A DNA stretch of 64,000 nt from an uncultured bacterium (GTDB taxonomy: Bacteria > Verrucomicrobiota > Verrucomicrobiia > Verrucomicrobiales > DEV007): the NCBI GenBank assembly GCA_963977015.1, contig CAXBMO010000002.1:256001-320000 (forward strand). The letters run 5' to 3'. The notes beneath the pieces are model-generated. The model was given only the letters and a program-made list of their open reading frames with translations, ran no database searches and was not told the DNA's origin. Position numbers and translations under genes: made by a program. This document shows positions 55,774-64,000 of this stretch, piece by piece; position 1 is the stretch's first letter, and every line of letters begins with the position of its first letter.

Positions 55774-58719
55774 ATGCAATTCCTCAATCCATGGCTCGCG
55801 TTCGGCCTTTTGGCGGTTTCGATCCCCATCATTATCCATATTCTCACGAGGCAAACCGGCAAAACAGTAGATTGGGGTGCCATTTTGTTTCTGCGGGATT
55901 CGATGGTGATTCGCAACCGGAGAATCCGGCTCGAGGAAGCGCTCTTGATGGCCGCCCGTTGCCTCCTCCTGGCACTGCTTGCCATGGCATTGGCCCGCCC
56001 CTTCATTCCACCGGGCTCCAATACACCGTGGTTCGCGGTTCTCCCGCTCTTTTTCTTCGGCGTGGTTTGCCTGGGAATTGGCGTCGTCCTTTGGGATTTG
56101 GTGAAGTGGCGTTGGATTCTGCTCCTGTCTGGCACAGCAGCGCTGCTTCTGTGTGTCACCCTGGTCTGGTTTGAGAAAGTCTTCAATCTCAGCCGATTCA
56201 GCAAAGGAGGACGTCAGGACATCGCCTTGATTGTCGATGCCTCGACTTCGATGGCGCTCAATTATGACGGTCAGAGCAATTTCCAGCGCGGTCTGGATGA
56301 AGTCCGCACGATCGTGAAACGCAGCCCTCGAGGAAACTCGTTCAGCCTCATCCTCGGCGGCCCCACTCCTTCCGCTCGAATTCTGACGCCAACTTCAGAT
56401 CGCGAGTTTATTCTTCAACAACTGGATGACATCAAACCGCTCGAAGGTGGCATGGCGGCCTACGATTGCCTGACCCTGGCTTCGCTGGGGCTGGCACAAG
56501 GGAGCAATCCGGCAAAGCAGATCGTCGTGATTACCGACGGCCAGAATGTCGGTTGGGAAACCAACAAACCCGGGCGGTGGGCCTTTTTGAAGGATGCATT
56601 TGAGAATCTTCCATCTACTCCGCAGGTGATCGTCCGCGAAATGCCTCTCCCTTCGCACTTCCGCAACGTCTCCCTCGCTGACATTTCCTTCTCGCGCGAC
56701 ATTGTTGGGGTCGATCGTCCCGTCAAAATTTCCGTCACGATCGAAAACACCGGCACGGAGGCGGTTTCGCCGCGGCAAGTTGAGCTTGAGGTGGATGGAA
56801 AGAACCTGGTCGACCAAACGCTGGGCCAAATGATGCCGGGCAGTAAGGAGACGCTCCACTTTACCCATCAGTTTGAATACCCGGGAGCCCACGAGATTCG
56901 TTCCCAGGTGTTCGTCGATGACGAAATTGAGCAGGACAACACCTCGACCAGCGCTCTCAACATTGTTCGGAAACTTCGGGTTCTTTTGGTGGATGGAAAC
57001 GCCGGTGCTCGCTTCTTTGACCGGGCTACCTCCTTCGCCGCGCTGGCCCTTGCGCCGGGAACCACAATCACCGCACCTGGCGCCGATCCCAACAGTGAGG
57101 AAACCATGCGTTTCCTGGTCGATCCCGAGATGGTTTCCGCGATCGATCTGACACAAATGCCTTCCCTCACCCAGTATGACGCGGTGATCCTGGCAGACAT
57201 CCCGCGAATGCCGCGGGAAGTTGCGGAAGGGCTGGAACTTTTCGTCAATCAAGGCGGTGGGTTGCTCATTGCGGCGGGTCCACGCGCTTCGAGCGAATTC
57301 TACAATTCCTGGGTTTCCAGTGACGGCCTCCCCGTCATGCCGGCACGATTGGTGGAACCGGTTGTCCCCAATCCAAACACCGATCCCATCACGGCTTCAC
57401 TTGAGACGTTTCGCCATCCCTCCGTTCGCGTGGTCGCCAATCGCAGAGAAAGTGATCTCGAGACCGGAAGTTTTGCCCACTACTGGAAGTTGAAAGAGAA
57501 TACGGGCATCGATGCGATCGTCGGAGGTCGCCTCAACAATGGAGATCCCTATCTCACCGCTCGTAAGCTCGGCCTTGGAAATCTCGTGCTGCTAGGCTCC
57601 TCTCTGGATCTGAGATCCGGCAATCTCCCAAGTCGCCAGGCTTTCGTGCCCTTCATTCACGAACTCGTCTATTTCCTGGCGAACCCTGGCAATTTTAATC
57701 TCAACCTCGCACCAAAATGGGAACTCGCCCTCCATCTGGCGGGCAACGAACACGCCTTTTCAGGCCATGGGCTGCGCGGAGAATATTTCGCCAACCGAGG
57801 CGATCGTGAACCCAAAGTCACGCGGATTGATCCTGCGATTCAGTTCAACTGGCGCGGCGGGAGCCCGGCATCCGGGATTCCCCAGGACAACTTCAAGATC
57901 CGGTGGACGGGCAGAATCCAGGCTCCCCGCTCGGCAAAGTACAAATTCAGGGCCGAGGCCGACGACTTCCTCACCGTTTACATCGACGGGCGGGATGTGC
58001 TCCGCGCCGAATATGGAAAGTCGCCTCGCGTTCGCGAAGTCTGGCTCGATGCCAATCGCCTGCACGACATCCGGATTGAGTTTCAGGAAGGCACCAGCAA
58101 CGCCCAGGCCGTCCTCTATTGGGAATGCAAAGATCTCCAACGCCAGATCGTTCCGACGTCTGCCTTCCGCTCAGTAACCGGTTCGGAAGAAGACGTCATT
58201 GCCACCTACCGCGTCACCGGTCCCAGCGGCGAAAAACGAGTCGCCAAGATCGAGGCAACGGCCGGAGGAGCCGTCGCGAAAATCCAGGGAGATGTCGCGG
58301 CGGGAACCTACCAGATTCACATTCCTGATGATCAGCGCGAGAAGTTCAACGAATTGCTGGGCGACGACCGGGACACGATCCCGTTTACGGTGAAACGCGA
58401 CCCCGCCGAAAGCCGGCTTCAGCCCCTCACCAACGCAGATAAGGAATTTCTCGCCAACTACGTGGGATTGGTCGAGCCGCAGACTCCCGAGGACGTCATC
58501 TCGATTTTGAACGGAAAGTCTTTTGGAGAGGAGTTGTGGAAGTATCTCGCCCTCGCGGCCCTTTTCTTCCTGCTCCTGGAGGTGGGTTTGTCACGCTGGA
58601 TTGCGACGTCCCGGCAAATGGCGCAGGATCAACGGATCAAGTTCGATACAACGGAAGCCCCAGGGAATGGGTTTGAGAAGCAACTCAAGCAGGTCAAAAA
58701 GAAGGCAGCCGCTGCCTAA
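55774..58719 (+). CDS. BatA N-terminal domain, VWA, CARDB-like, glutamine-amidotransferase-like and PA14 membrane protein
   Basis: MQFLNP...PIIIH..R, MALARP, VDASTSM (MIDAS), ITDGQ, VLLVDG, GLRGEYF..RIDPAIQFNW..F.IRWTG (PA14) and ELWKYL TM segment. Confidence 0.85.
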   Translation: MQFLNPWLAFGLLAVSIPIIIHILTRQTGKTVDWGAILFLRDSMVIRNRRIRLEEALLMAARCLLLALLAMALARPFIPPGSNTPWFAVLPLFFFGVVCLGIGVVLWDLVKWRWILLLSGTAALLLCVTLVWFEKVFNLSRFSKGGRQDIALIVDASTSMALNYDGQSNFQRGLDEVRTIVKRSPRGNSFSLILGGPTPSARILTPTSDREFILQQLDDIKPLEGGMAAYDCLTLASLGLAQGSNPAKQIVVITDGQNVGWETNKPGRWAFLKDAFENLPSTPQVIVREMPLPSHFRNVSLADISFSRDIVGVDRPVKISVTIENTGTEAVSPRQVELEVDGKNLVDQTLGQMMPGSKETLHFTHQFEYPGAHEIRSQVFVDDEIEQDNTSTSALNIVRKLRVLLVDGNAGARFFDRATSFAALALAPGTTITAPGADPNSEETMRFLVDPEMVSAIDLTQMPSLTQYDAVILADIPRMPREVAEGLELFVNQGGGLLIAAGPRASSEFYNSWVSSDGLPVMPARLVEPVVPNPNTDPITASLETFRHPSVRVVANRRESDLETGSFAHYWKLKENTGIDAIVGGRLNNGDPYLTARKLGLGNLVLLGSSLDLRSGNLPSRQAFVPFIHELVYFLANPGNFNLNLAPKWELALHLAGNEHAFSGHGLRGEYFANRGDREPKVTRIDPAIQFNWRGGSPASGIPQDNFKIRWTGRIQAPRSAKYKFRAEADDFLTVYIDGRDVLRAEYGKSPRVREVWLDANRLHDIRIEFQEGTSNAQAVLYWECKDLQRQIVPTSAFRSVTGSEEDVIATYRVTGPSGEKRVAKIEATAGGAVAKIQGDVAAGTYQIHIPDDQREKFNELLGDDRDTIPFTVKRDPAESRLQPLTNADKEFLANYVGLVEPQTPEDVISILNGKSFGEELWKYLALAALFFLLLEVGLSRWIATSRQMAQDQRIKFDTTEAPGNGFEKQLKQVKKKAAAA

Positions 58720-58791
58720 CAGCAGAACGTCTCGCCAGAGAAGATTCAGAAGAGTAAACGGTCAATATTTTTAAAATATCAACTTTTGCTG

Positions 58792-58819
58792 TTGAACTGT
58801 TCAAAAGAACACTTACAAT
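58792..58819 (+). promoter_or_regulatory. Putative sigma70 promoter (TTGAAC, 16 nt, TACAAT) for a leaderless transcript
   Basis: -35 at 58792-58797 and -10 at 58814-58819. The expected +1 falls on the A of ATG 58826. AT-rich sequence lies upstream. Confidence 0.65.
58798..58811. promoter_or_regulatory. LexA (SOS) box 1, TGTTC-AAAA-GAACA
   Basis: Perfect match to the Verrucomicrobia LexA motif TGTTC-N4-GAACA; lies in the promoter spacer. Confidence 0.8.
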
Positions 58820-58832
58820 GTTCTCATGAACA
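58819..58832. promoter_or_regulatory. LexA (SOS) box 2, TGTTC-TCAT-GAACA
   Basis: Second perfect match, 21 bp after the first; overlaps the end of the -10 element and the ATG. Confidence 0.8.
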
Positions 58833-58993
58833 GCACTTCGTCCCAACAGATACCTCAAGTGTCCGATCGAATCCAGTCACTTTTTCAGGACGCCAAACGC
58901 TATCGGAACGCTCGAAAGGTGAGGCAGCGCAATGAGCAGCCCCTCAGTTGCGAGCAACAGCTTCAACTGACTCTGAAGGCGTCGTCAAACTAA
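58826..58993 (+). CDS. Putative SOS-regulated 55-aa small protein
   Basis: MNSTSSQQIPQVSDRIQSLFQDAKRYRNARKVRQRNEQPLSCEQQLQLTLKASSN*. Below the ORF-track length cutoff; supported by promoter and operator geometry. Confidence 0.6.
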   Translation: MNSTSSQQIPQVSDRIQSLFQDAKRYRNARKVRQRNEQPLSCEQQLQLTLKASSN

Positions 58994-59066
58994 GCAATTT
59001 CAAGAATTTCCAGGGTAGAACCGGTGCGTGGTTCTTGGTGTGTCCTGGGTAGAGCAAACAACTGTG

Positions 59067-59124
59067 ATCGCCCGTTTTCCTGAACTCCTTTTTCTTCATT
59101 GGAGGAGTTTGGGAGACGGGCGAT
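59067..59124 (+). terminator. Long imperfect hairpin between the small ORF and the convergent gntR gene (probable terminator)
   Basis: ATCGCCCGTTTTCCTGAACTCCTT...GGAGGAGTTTGGGAGACGGGCGAT; about 24 bp with several G.U pairs on the + strand. Confidence 0.55.
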
Positions 59125-59146
59125 TTCCTTGTCCCATGAGCCGCCG

Positions 59147-59818
59147 CTAATCGCAGTTCAAAAGTTCGTCCCAAGCATGGATGATGCGCTCCTCTTTAAC
59201 CAAGATGTGCTCGCACATCCGTTTTTGGGCGAGATCAGAGTCCCGTGCCGCAATCGCGTCCACGATTTCCAGATGTTCGCGAGAGATGTCCTCCGGATTG
59301 GTGCAGGAATGGAGATCGATTCCGTAGAAATAGGGCTGATTGTCCTGATCCAACGTCGTCACGACGATTTTTTCGAGAATCTCATTTTGAGCCGCCCGCG
59401 CGATGAGGTGATGAAATTCCCGGTTCACCCGAATGCATTCCAGAGCATCCACTTCCGGATCATCATGTTCAGGAACAAACGGAGCTGCAATTCTGAGCTT
59501 CTCGATATCCTTGAGCGTTGCCCGCTGAGCTGCCAATCCAGCAATCTGGCCTTCCACCAATCTTCGCGCTTCGCAAACCACCTTGAATCGGTCCAACGTC
59601 AACTCGGGAACGCGATAGCCCTTGTTTGGAATCTGATCCAGAATATGCTCGTGAGCCAGGCGGGTCAGAGCTTCGCGAAGGCTGGCCCGGGAGACGTTCA
59701 ACTCTTCACAAATCGTCTTTTCGATAAGACGTTCCCCCGGTTTAAAGTCACAGGTCAGGACACGCTGACGAATTACATCTGCAATTTGGTCGGTAATTTT
59801 GATGGGACGGATAGACAT
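59147..59818 (-). CDS. GntR-family (FadR/FCD) transcriptional regulator
   Basis: FKPGERLIE...LNVSRASLREAL..L, then FCD domain NREFH..I..AA.N..L and EH..IVDAI..RD. Confidence 0.95.
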   Translation of the reverse strand: MSIRPIKITDQIADVIRQRVLTCDFKPGERLIEKTICEELNVSRASLREALTRLAHEHILDQIPNKGYRVPELTLDRFKVVCEARRLVEGQIAGLAAQRATLKDIEKLRIAAPFVPEHDDPEVDALECIRVNREFHHLIARAAQNEILEKIVVTTLDQDNQPYFYGIDLHSCTNPEDISREHLEIVDAIAARDSDLAQKRMCEHILVKEERIIHAWDELLNCD

Positions 59819-59822
59819 TACA

Positions 59823-59845
59823 TTTTGTCAGATAGTCTGACAAAA
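59823..59845. promoter_or_regulatory. Palindromic operator TTTTGTCAGA-TAG-TCTGACAAAA
   Basis: Perfect 10-bp inverted repeat 4 bp upstream of the gntR ATG, in the divergent gntR/phoD-like intergenic region. Confidence 0.7.
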
Positions 59846-59939
59846 CTACCATCTTCAAACACCACGCTGCCGTCAAGTCACCTTTCGCTTCTGTTTTTTT
59901 GGGTAGACTTTCGGCTCAGCCTTGTTCAGTTGAGATCCC

Positions 59940-61790
59940 ATGTTTGCAAAACCCCTCTCGCTGTTGATCCTCGCTGCAGGATTGCTTCCTCTTTCGTCGT
60001 CAGCCCAGGATCTCGCGCCGACGGATGTGCGCCTCACACATGGGCCGATCCTCGGACGCCCGGCACATGACTCGATGAGCCTCTGGGTTCGCACCCAAAA
60101 AGCCGGCGCGATCCGGGTCTTTTACGGAACCGACGAAAAGAACCTCGATCAAGTCAGCGAGACGATCGAAACCTCGGTGGAAGACGACAACACCGGCATC
60201 ATTACGATCGGCAACCTGGCTCCTGACACCCGTTACTTTTATCGCGTTGATGACCATCAGGAATCGGGATCGTTTCGAACCTTGCCGCGAGCAGAAGACT
60301 ATCAGAACGCGGAATATAACCCTGACGGACTCTTCAATCTCCGGTTCGAGTTTGCCTGTGGAAACAATCAAAGTGCGGGAGGCAACAGCGTCGGCCCAAC
60401 GGTTCCGGTTTTCGATACCCTGAACGAGCAGGTTCGTGATTCGATCCATTTTGCGATTCTCAACGGAGACTGGCTCTACGAAGTTCAGCGCGACCATTCT
60501 CCGAAAAGCTGGCTTCAAAGCGTTGGCCTCGAACCCGACCAAAAACCTCGGGTGGTCGAAATGATGCCGACGGTGGTTGGTGTTTGGGAGAACTACAAAA
60601 CCTATCTCTCGCGCGGACGGAACCTGAGCGAGTGGCATCGCAACATCCCGTCCTATTACACCTACGATGATCACGAGACGATCAATGACATCTATGGCAC
60701 CGCTGAGACCGGCTATGTCAATCGCCGGGCCGTCTTTCGCGATATCGGCGTCGAGGCCTGGTATGATTACCTCGCCTGGGCAAACCCTCAGGCGCATGAG
60801 GCTCCCATCCACTACGGGAAAGCCGTGTTGAAGGCGGCAAGCGACATCCTGACGGACAACGATGCGGACTTCACGAAATTGAATCTCGAGGATCACGCAA
60901 ACCTCCACGTTCATTGGGGAACGCCGACTGCGGGAGTGCCGGATGCGGCGCTCGATTCCGAGCCTGGGGATCCCAATGCCAAAGTCTATCGCATCGAAGA
61001 AGTCATCAACGCCAACCAGGTTCGAATTCATCCTCCCGCCGTCGCAGATACGACCTCGGCTTACTCGATTGGGCGCCGTTGTTATGGCAAAAAATCGATT
61101 GGAAACTGCGACTTCTTCTTCGTCGACACCCGCAGTCATCGCGACCTTCACGATGTCGACAATCCGGCGAAACCTGGAGCTTCGATGCTCGGCAAACAGC
61201 AACTCAAGTGGCTCAAAACCGGGATTACGGAAAGCAGCGCCGACTTCATCTTCGTCGTATCAAGCGTGAATTTCATGGTTCCCCACGTCGGAAGCGGCGG
61301 AGGAGATGACAAGCAGCTCACGGTCAAAAAAGACGATGCCTGGACCGTGTTTCTTGAAGAACGGGAAGAGCTCATCGAATTCTGGGACAAGTTGGAACAA
61401 CCGGTTTTTGTCCTCACCGCCGATTTGCACAACAGCTACTCGATCAAGATTACCGACAATGTCTGGGAGTTTGCGAGTGGCCCTCACAACAGCATCAACC
61501 ACTCCCCTCAGGACGACGAGGGCAATCGACCAGCAAACGGCAAATTCAAATACGGCCCCCGCGAATGCGATATCCGCTGGTCAAGCTATGTGCTGAACGA
61601 CATCCCCCGCGCGGAGCGTACCTACCCTCATTATTGTGTCGTTCAGGTCAACAACGTCTTCAACAATCCAGTCAAGTTTGGCGATGAACGCTGGGTCGCA
61701 TTTCCGCACCCTCAGGTCATCTTCCAGTTCTTTGATGGATTAACCGGTGAACTCCGATACAGCGAAACCATCCTCAAGGGAATGGAGTAA
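59940..61790 (+). CDS. Alkaline phosphatase D-family metallophosphatase
   Basis: Signal peptide, THGPILG, NLAPDTRYFY, FACGN, NGDWLY, YDDHE, DTRS.R, MLGKQQLKWL and TADLH. Confidence 0.85.
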   Translation: MFAKPLSLLILAAGLLPLSSSAQDLAPTDVRLTHGPILGRPAHDSMSLWVRTQKAGAIRVFYGTDEKNLDQVSETIETSVEDDNTGIITIGNLAPDTRYFYRVDDHQESGSFRTLPRAEDYQNAEYNPDGLFNLRFEFACGNNQSAGGNSVGPTVPVFDTLNEQVRDSIHFAILNGDWLYEVQRDHSPKSWLQSVGLEPDQKPRVVEMMPTVVGVWENYKTYLSRGRNLSEWHRNIPSYYTYDDHETINDIYGTAETGYVNRRAVFRDIGVEAWYDYLAWANPQAHEAPIHYGKAVLKAASDILTDNDADFTKLNLEDHANLHVHWGTPTAGVPDAALDSEPGDPNAKVYRIEEVINANQVRIHPPAVADTTSAYSIGRRCYGKKSIGNCDFFFVDTRSHRDLHDVDNPAKPGASMLGKQQLKWLKTGITESSADFIFVVSSVNFMVPHVGSGGGDDKQLTVKKDDAWTVFLEEREELIEFWDKLEQPVFVLTADLHNSYSIKITDNVWEFASGPHNSINHSPQDDEGNRPANGKFKYGPRECDIRWSSYVLNDIPRAERTYPHYCVVQVNNVFNNPVKFGDERWVAFPHPQVIFQFFDGLTGELRYSETILKGME

Positions 61791-61798
61791 CGCGACCC

Positions 61799-62788
61799 TT
61801 ACCGATCGCGCTCCCAAAGCGCCCGTTCCGTCGATACCATCAGCGCCATCGCGCCCCCCCGCTGATCCCGTCCATTGATGGCGCGACGCTGGAAGTAGGC
61901 TTCCAGGCTTTTCTGTTTTCCGGTCGATTCACAAACATTGGTGAGGGATTCCCCATCGAGCGCGATCCGGGTTTTGATCGCATTCCATGCCCGGTCGACA
62001 ATCGGCTCATAGGTAGCGCGATCGAGCCAGCCATTGCGCAACCCATGCAGCATCGCGTAGGTGATCATGCAGGTCCCGGTGAATTCCGCATAGCTCTCGG
62101 GATGGTCGATCACTTGATGCCACATCCCTTCCGCATCCTGGTGCTTTGCCAAAGCGGCCAGATGATCCTGGAGACTGGTGAGAATTTCGGCTCGTCCCTC
62201 AAAGTCTCCGGGGACATAATCCAACGCCCAAGCCAAACCCAACGCCGGAAACCCGTTCCCACGTCCCCAGGCCGCTTCATCAAGTGGAGAGTGCCGGTAA
62301 ATGCCATCCTCACGCAGGCAGAGCCGCTTCATTTCCTGGAGAAGAGAAAGACAATCGTCAAACTTCCCGGCGGCGGCAAGGGTCGGACATCCCATAAAAA
62401 CGCCGTCACTCATCTGGTTGTGATTGGGAATCTTGGATGCGGCATGGGCCACGCGACCCTTCATTCCCAGTTCCGCGAAAATCAGATGCCCGGCCACGAC
62501 CGATCCCCCCAGGTTTTTGGCCTGCGGTGCCTTTTCGGCTAGCTCCCGAACCTCCGTGGCGAGAGTTTGGTCTTCGGTGAGACCCGCCAAACGGTATTTC
62601 CCCACCAACTGCAACGCCGGAATGTAGGAGATCTGATTGAAGCTCTGCCCGTAGGCGTTGCTTAGCTGGATGGCCAATTCCTGCGGATGCCGATTGAGCC
62701 GTTTCTCCAGATCAGACTGCGCATCGACTTCAGCGCGCGCTGAAATTCCCAAAACCGACAGAGCCAAAAACACAAATAGGGGTTTCAT
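61799..62788 (-). CDS. Glycoside hydrolase family 88/105 (unsaturated uronyl hydrolase-like)
   Basis: SDGVFM, GIYRH, WGRGNGF, Q.AEGMWHQV and Y.E.TGTCM. Confidence 0.85.
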   Translation of the reverse strand: MKPLFVFLALSVLGISARAEVDAQSDLEKRLNRHPQELAIQLSNAYGQSFNQISYIPALQLVGKYRLAGLTEDQTLATEVRELAEKAPQAKNLGGSVVAGHLIFAELGMKGRVAHAASKIPNHNQMSDGVFMGCPTLAAAGKFDDCLSLLQEMKRLCLREDGIYRHSPLDEAAWGRGNGFPALGLAWALDYVPGDFEGRAEILTSLQDHLAALAKHQDAEGMWHQVIDHPESYAEFTGTCMITYAMLHGLRNGWLDRATYEPIVDRAWNAIKTRIALDGESLTNVCESTGKQKSLEAYFQRRAINGRDQRGGAMALMVSTERALWERDR

Positions 62789-62798
62789 CGCAGGATTC

Positions 62799-63581
62799 TC
62801 AGCCAACCGCGTCCCGGATCAACTCCAAAATTGGCTCACGCAATGCCGCGTTCGTTCCAAGTGCTTCGGGCTTGTCGATTCGTTCGTTCCCGTGCCAATC
62901 CCCAAAATACCCACCAGCCTCGCGGAGAATCGGAAGAAACGGTGCGCAATCCCAGATGTTCATAATCGGGTCCAGCATGGCTTCCACTCTCCCCGTGGCG
63001 ACTAACGCGTATCCGTAGGCATCGCACCAGCCTGCGTTGTAGTAACTGGCCGCCTGCAACCGCTGCCACGCCTCACCTTTGCCGTTCTCAGCAAAAGCGG
63101 CGGTGTCGGCATGAGCCACAAAAGCACGATCCAGCTGATCCTGCTGCGAAACCCGGCAGGGGCTTCCATTCCAGTGGCACCCCATTCCCGTTGCCGCCGA
63201 AACCATCTCGTCCAGCCCTGGAAAATAGACCGCACCAACCTGACTTTCCCCCTCGATCTCGAGTCCAACGAGAACCGCATACATGGGCACTCCACAGATG
63301 AAGGACTTGGTTCCGTCAATCGGATCGATGATCCAACGGTGCGAGGCGCCGGAGTTGGTCTCGCCAAATTCTTCCCCTAAAATCGCGTGGGATGGATAGG
63401 ATGCACCAATCCGTTCCCGAATCAGCTTCTCAGCTTCCTTATCCGCAATCGTCACCGGAGAATCGTCAGACTTGAATTCCGCTTTCACCGCCTTTTGAAA
63501 GTAGTTGAGCGTCAATTGACCGGCATCGCGGGCGATGCTTCGAGCAAAATCGAGGAGTTCAGAAAGTGATTCGGCAGCCAT
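62799..63581 (-). CDS. hisN: Histidinol-phosphatase, inositol monophosphatase family
   Basis: KSDDSPVTIAD, GEEFG, WIIDPIDGTKSF, DAYGY.LVA.G and WD. Confidence 0.85.
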   Translation of the reverse strand: MAAESLSELLDFARSIARDAGQLTLNYFQKAVKAEFKSDDSPVTIADKEAEKLIRERIGASYPSHAILGEEFGETNSGASHRWIIDPIDGTKSFICGVPMYAVLVGLEIEGESQVGAVYFPGLDEMVSAATGMGCHWNGSPCRVSQQDQLDRAFVAHADTAAFAENGKGEAWQRLQAASYYNAGWCDAYGYALVATGRVEAMLDPIMNIWDCAPFLPILREAGGYFGDWHGNERIDKPEALGTNAALREPILELIRDAVG

Positions 63582-63747
63582 TTGCTTTTTCCTCTCAACC
63601 ACATTCTTCTCAATGACAAGATGAAGCTGCTCCTGGCTTTCTTTCTCCGGGGTTTTGAGTCGTAGCCAGCAGCAAGCCGTTCCTGTCTGCAGTCTTCGCT
63701 AGGCCTTGCGAAGCTCTTCCGAATGGCGTTCTGTGGCCCCTCCTGAC

Positions 63748-64000
63748 ATGAGCACCACCCCATTCAGCCTCGATCTTGTCATCGCGGATCTTCCCGGAGT
63801 TCCCGACAAGCAGCTAAAGGCCCTGAAGAAGTTGAAAATCGCCACCCTGGGCGACGTCGTTGCTCACTATCCCCGCCGCTATGAAGATCGCCGGGAATTC
63901 GATCAATGGCCCATGGCGGCTCTTGACGAAGCCGTTTGCATTCACGGAGTTGTGACCGACACGCAAACCAAGCGATTCGGGGGAGGGCCACGCCAAAGCT
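63748..64000 (+). CDS. recG: 5' end of ATP-dependent DNA helicase RecG (truncated by the window edge)
   Basis: ATG 63748 reads MSTTPFSLDLVIADLPGV...LKKLKIATLGDVVAHYPRRYEDR, the RecG N-terminal signature. Not in the ORF track. Confidence 0.85.
   Translation, partial: MSTTPFSLDLVIADLPGVPDKQLKALKKLKIATLGDVVAHYPRRYEDRREFDQWPMAALDEAVCIHGVVTDTQTKRFGGGPRQS

Noticed and set aside
58944-60070. Track ORFs 58944-59174(-) and 59099-60070(+), and the many other long antisense ORFs
   Set aside because: Shadow ORFs opposite well-supported genes or across hairpins, with no recognisable motifs; expected in GC-rich DNA.

Overview
This is a 64 kb chromosomal segment of a GC-rich bacterium, very probably Verrucomicrobiota. 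That assignment is inferred from gene content (PVC-type membrane dehydrogenase-like protein, DUF1501, SHD1 and BatA/BatD-type proteins, an LpxL-WaaF fusion) and from two exact Verrucomicrobia-type LexA boxes. About 44 CDSs are supportable. They include housekeeping genes (dinG-like, cca, ileS, secG, hisN, the 5' end of recG, rtcB, an iscA-like gene), envelope genes (LptF/G, ankyrin-L,D-transpeptidase, D-Ala-D-Ala dipeptidase, serine hydrolase), a 12 kb Wzy-dependent polysaccharide locus built as two convergent arms (19.1-31.5 kb), TRAP dctQM, hydrolases and two regulators. No rRNA, tRNA, CRISPR array or transposase was recognised. Four observations stand out. (1) A 55-aa ORF missing from the ORF track (58826-58993) appears leaderless, sits under two perfect TGTTC-N4-GAACA LexA boxes and ends in a beta-clamp-type QLxLxL motif, making it a candidate new SOS microprotein. 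(2) A 1193-aa membrane protein has three tandem class III nucleotide-cyclase-like domains with non-canonical specificity residues. (3) An exact 13-bp motif is shared by both polysaccharide-arm promoters and the marR promoter. (4) A PVC-type dehydrogenase carries a blue-copper domain instead of a heme c domain and lies next to a secreted SHD1-HMA-HMA protein. All calls come from motif reading only; no searches were run.
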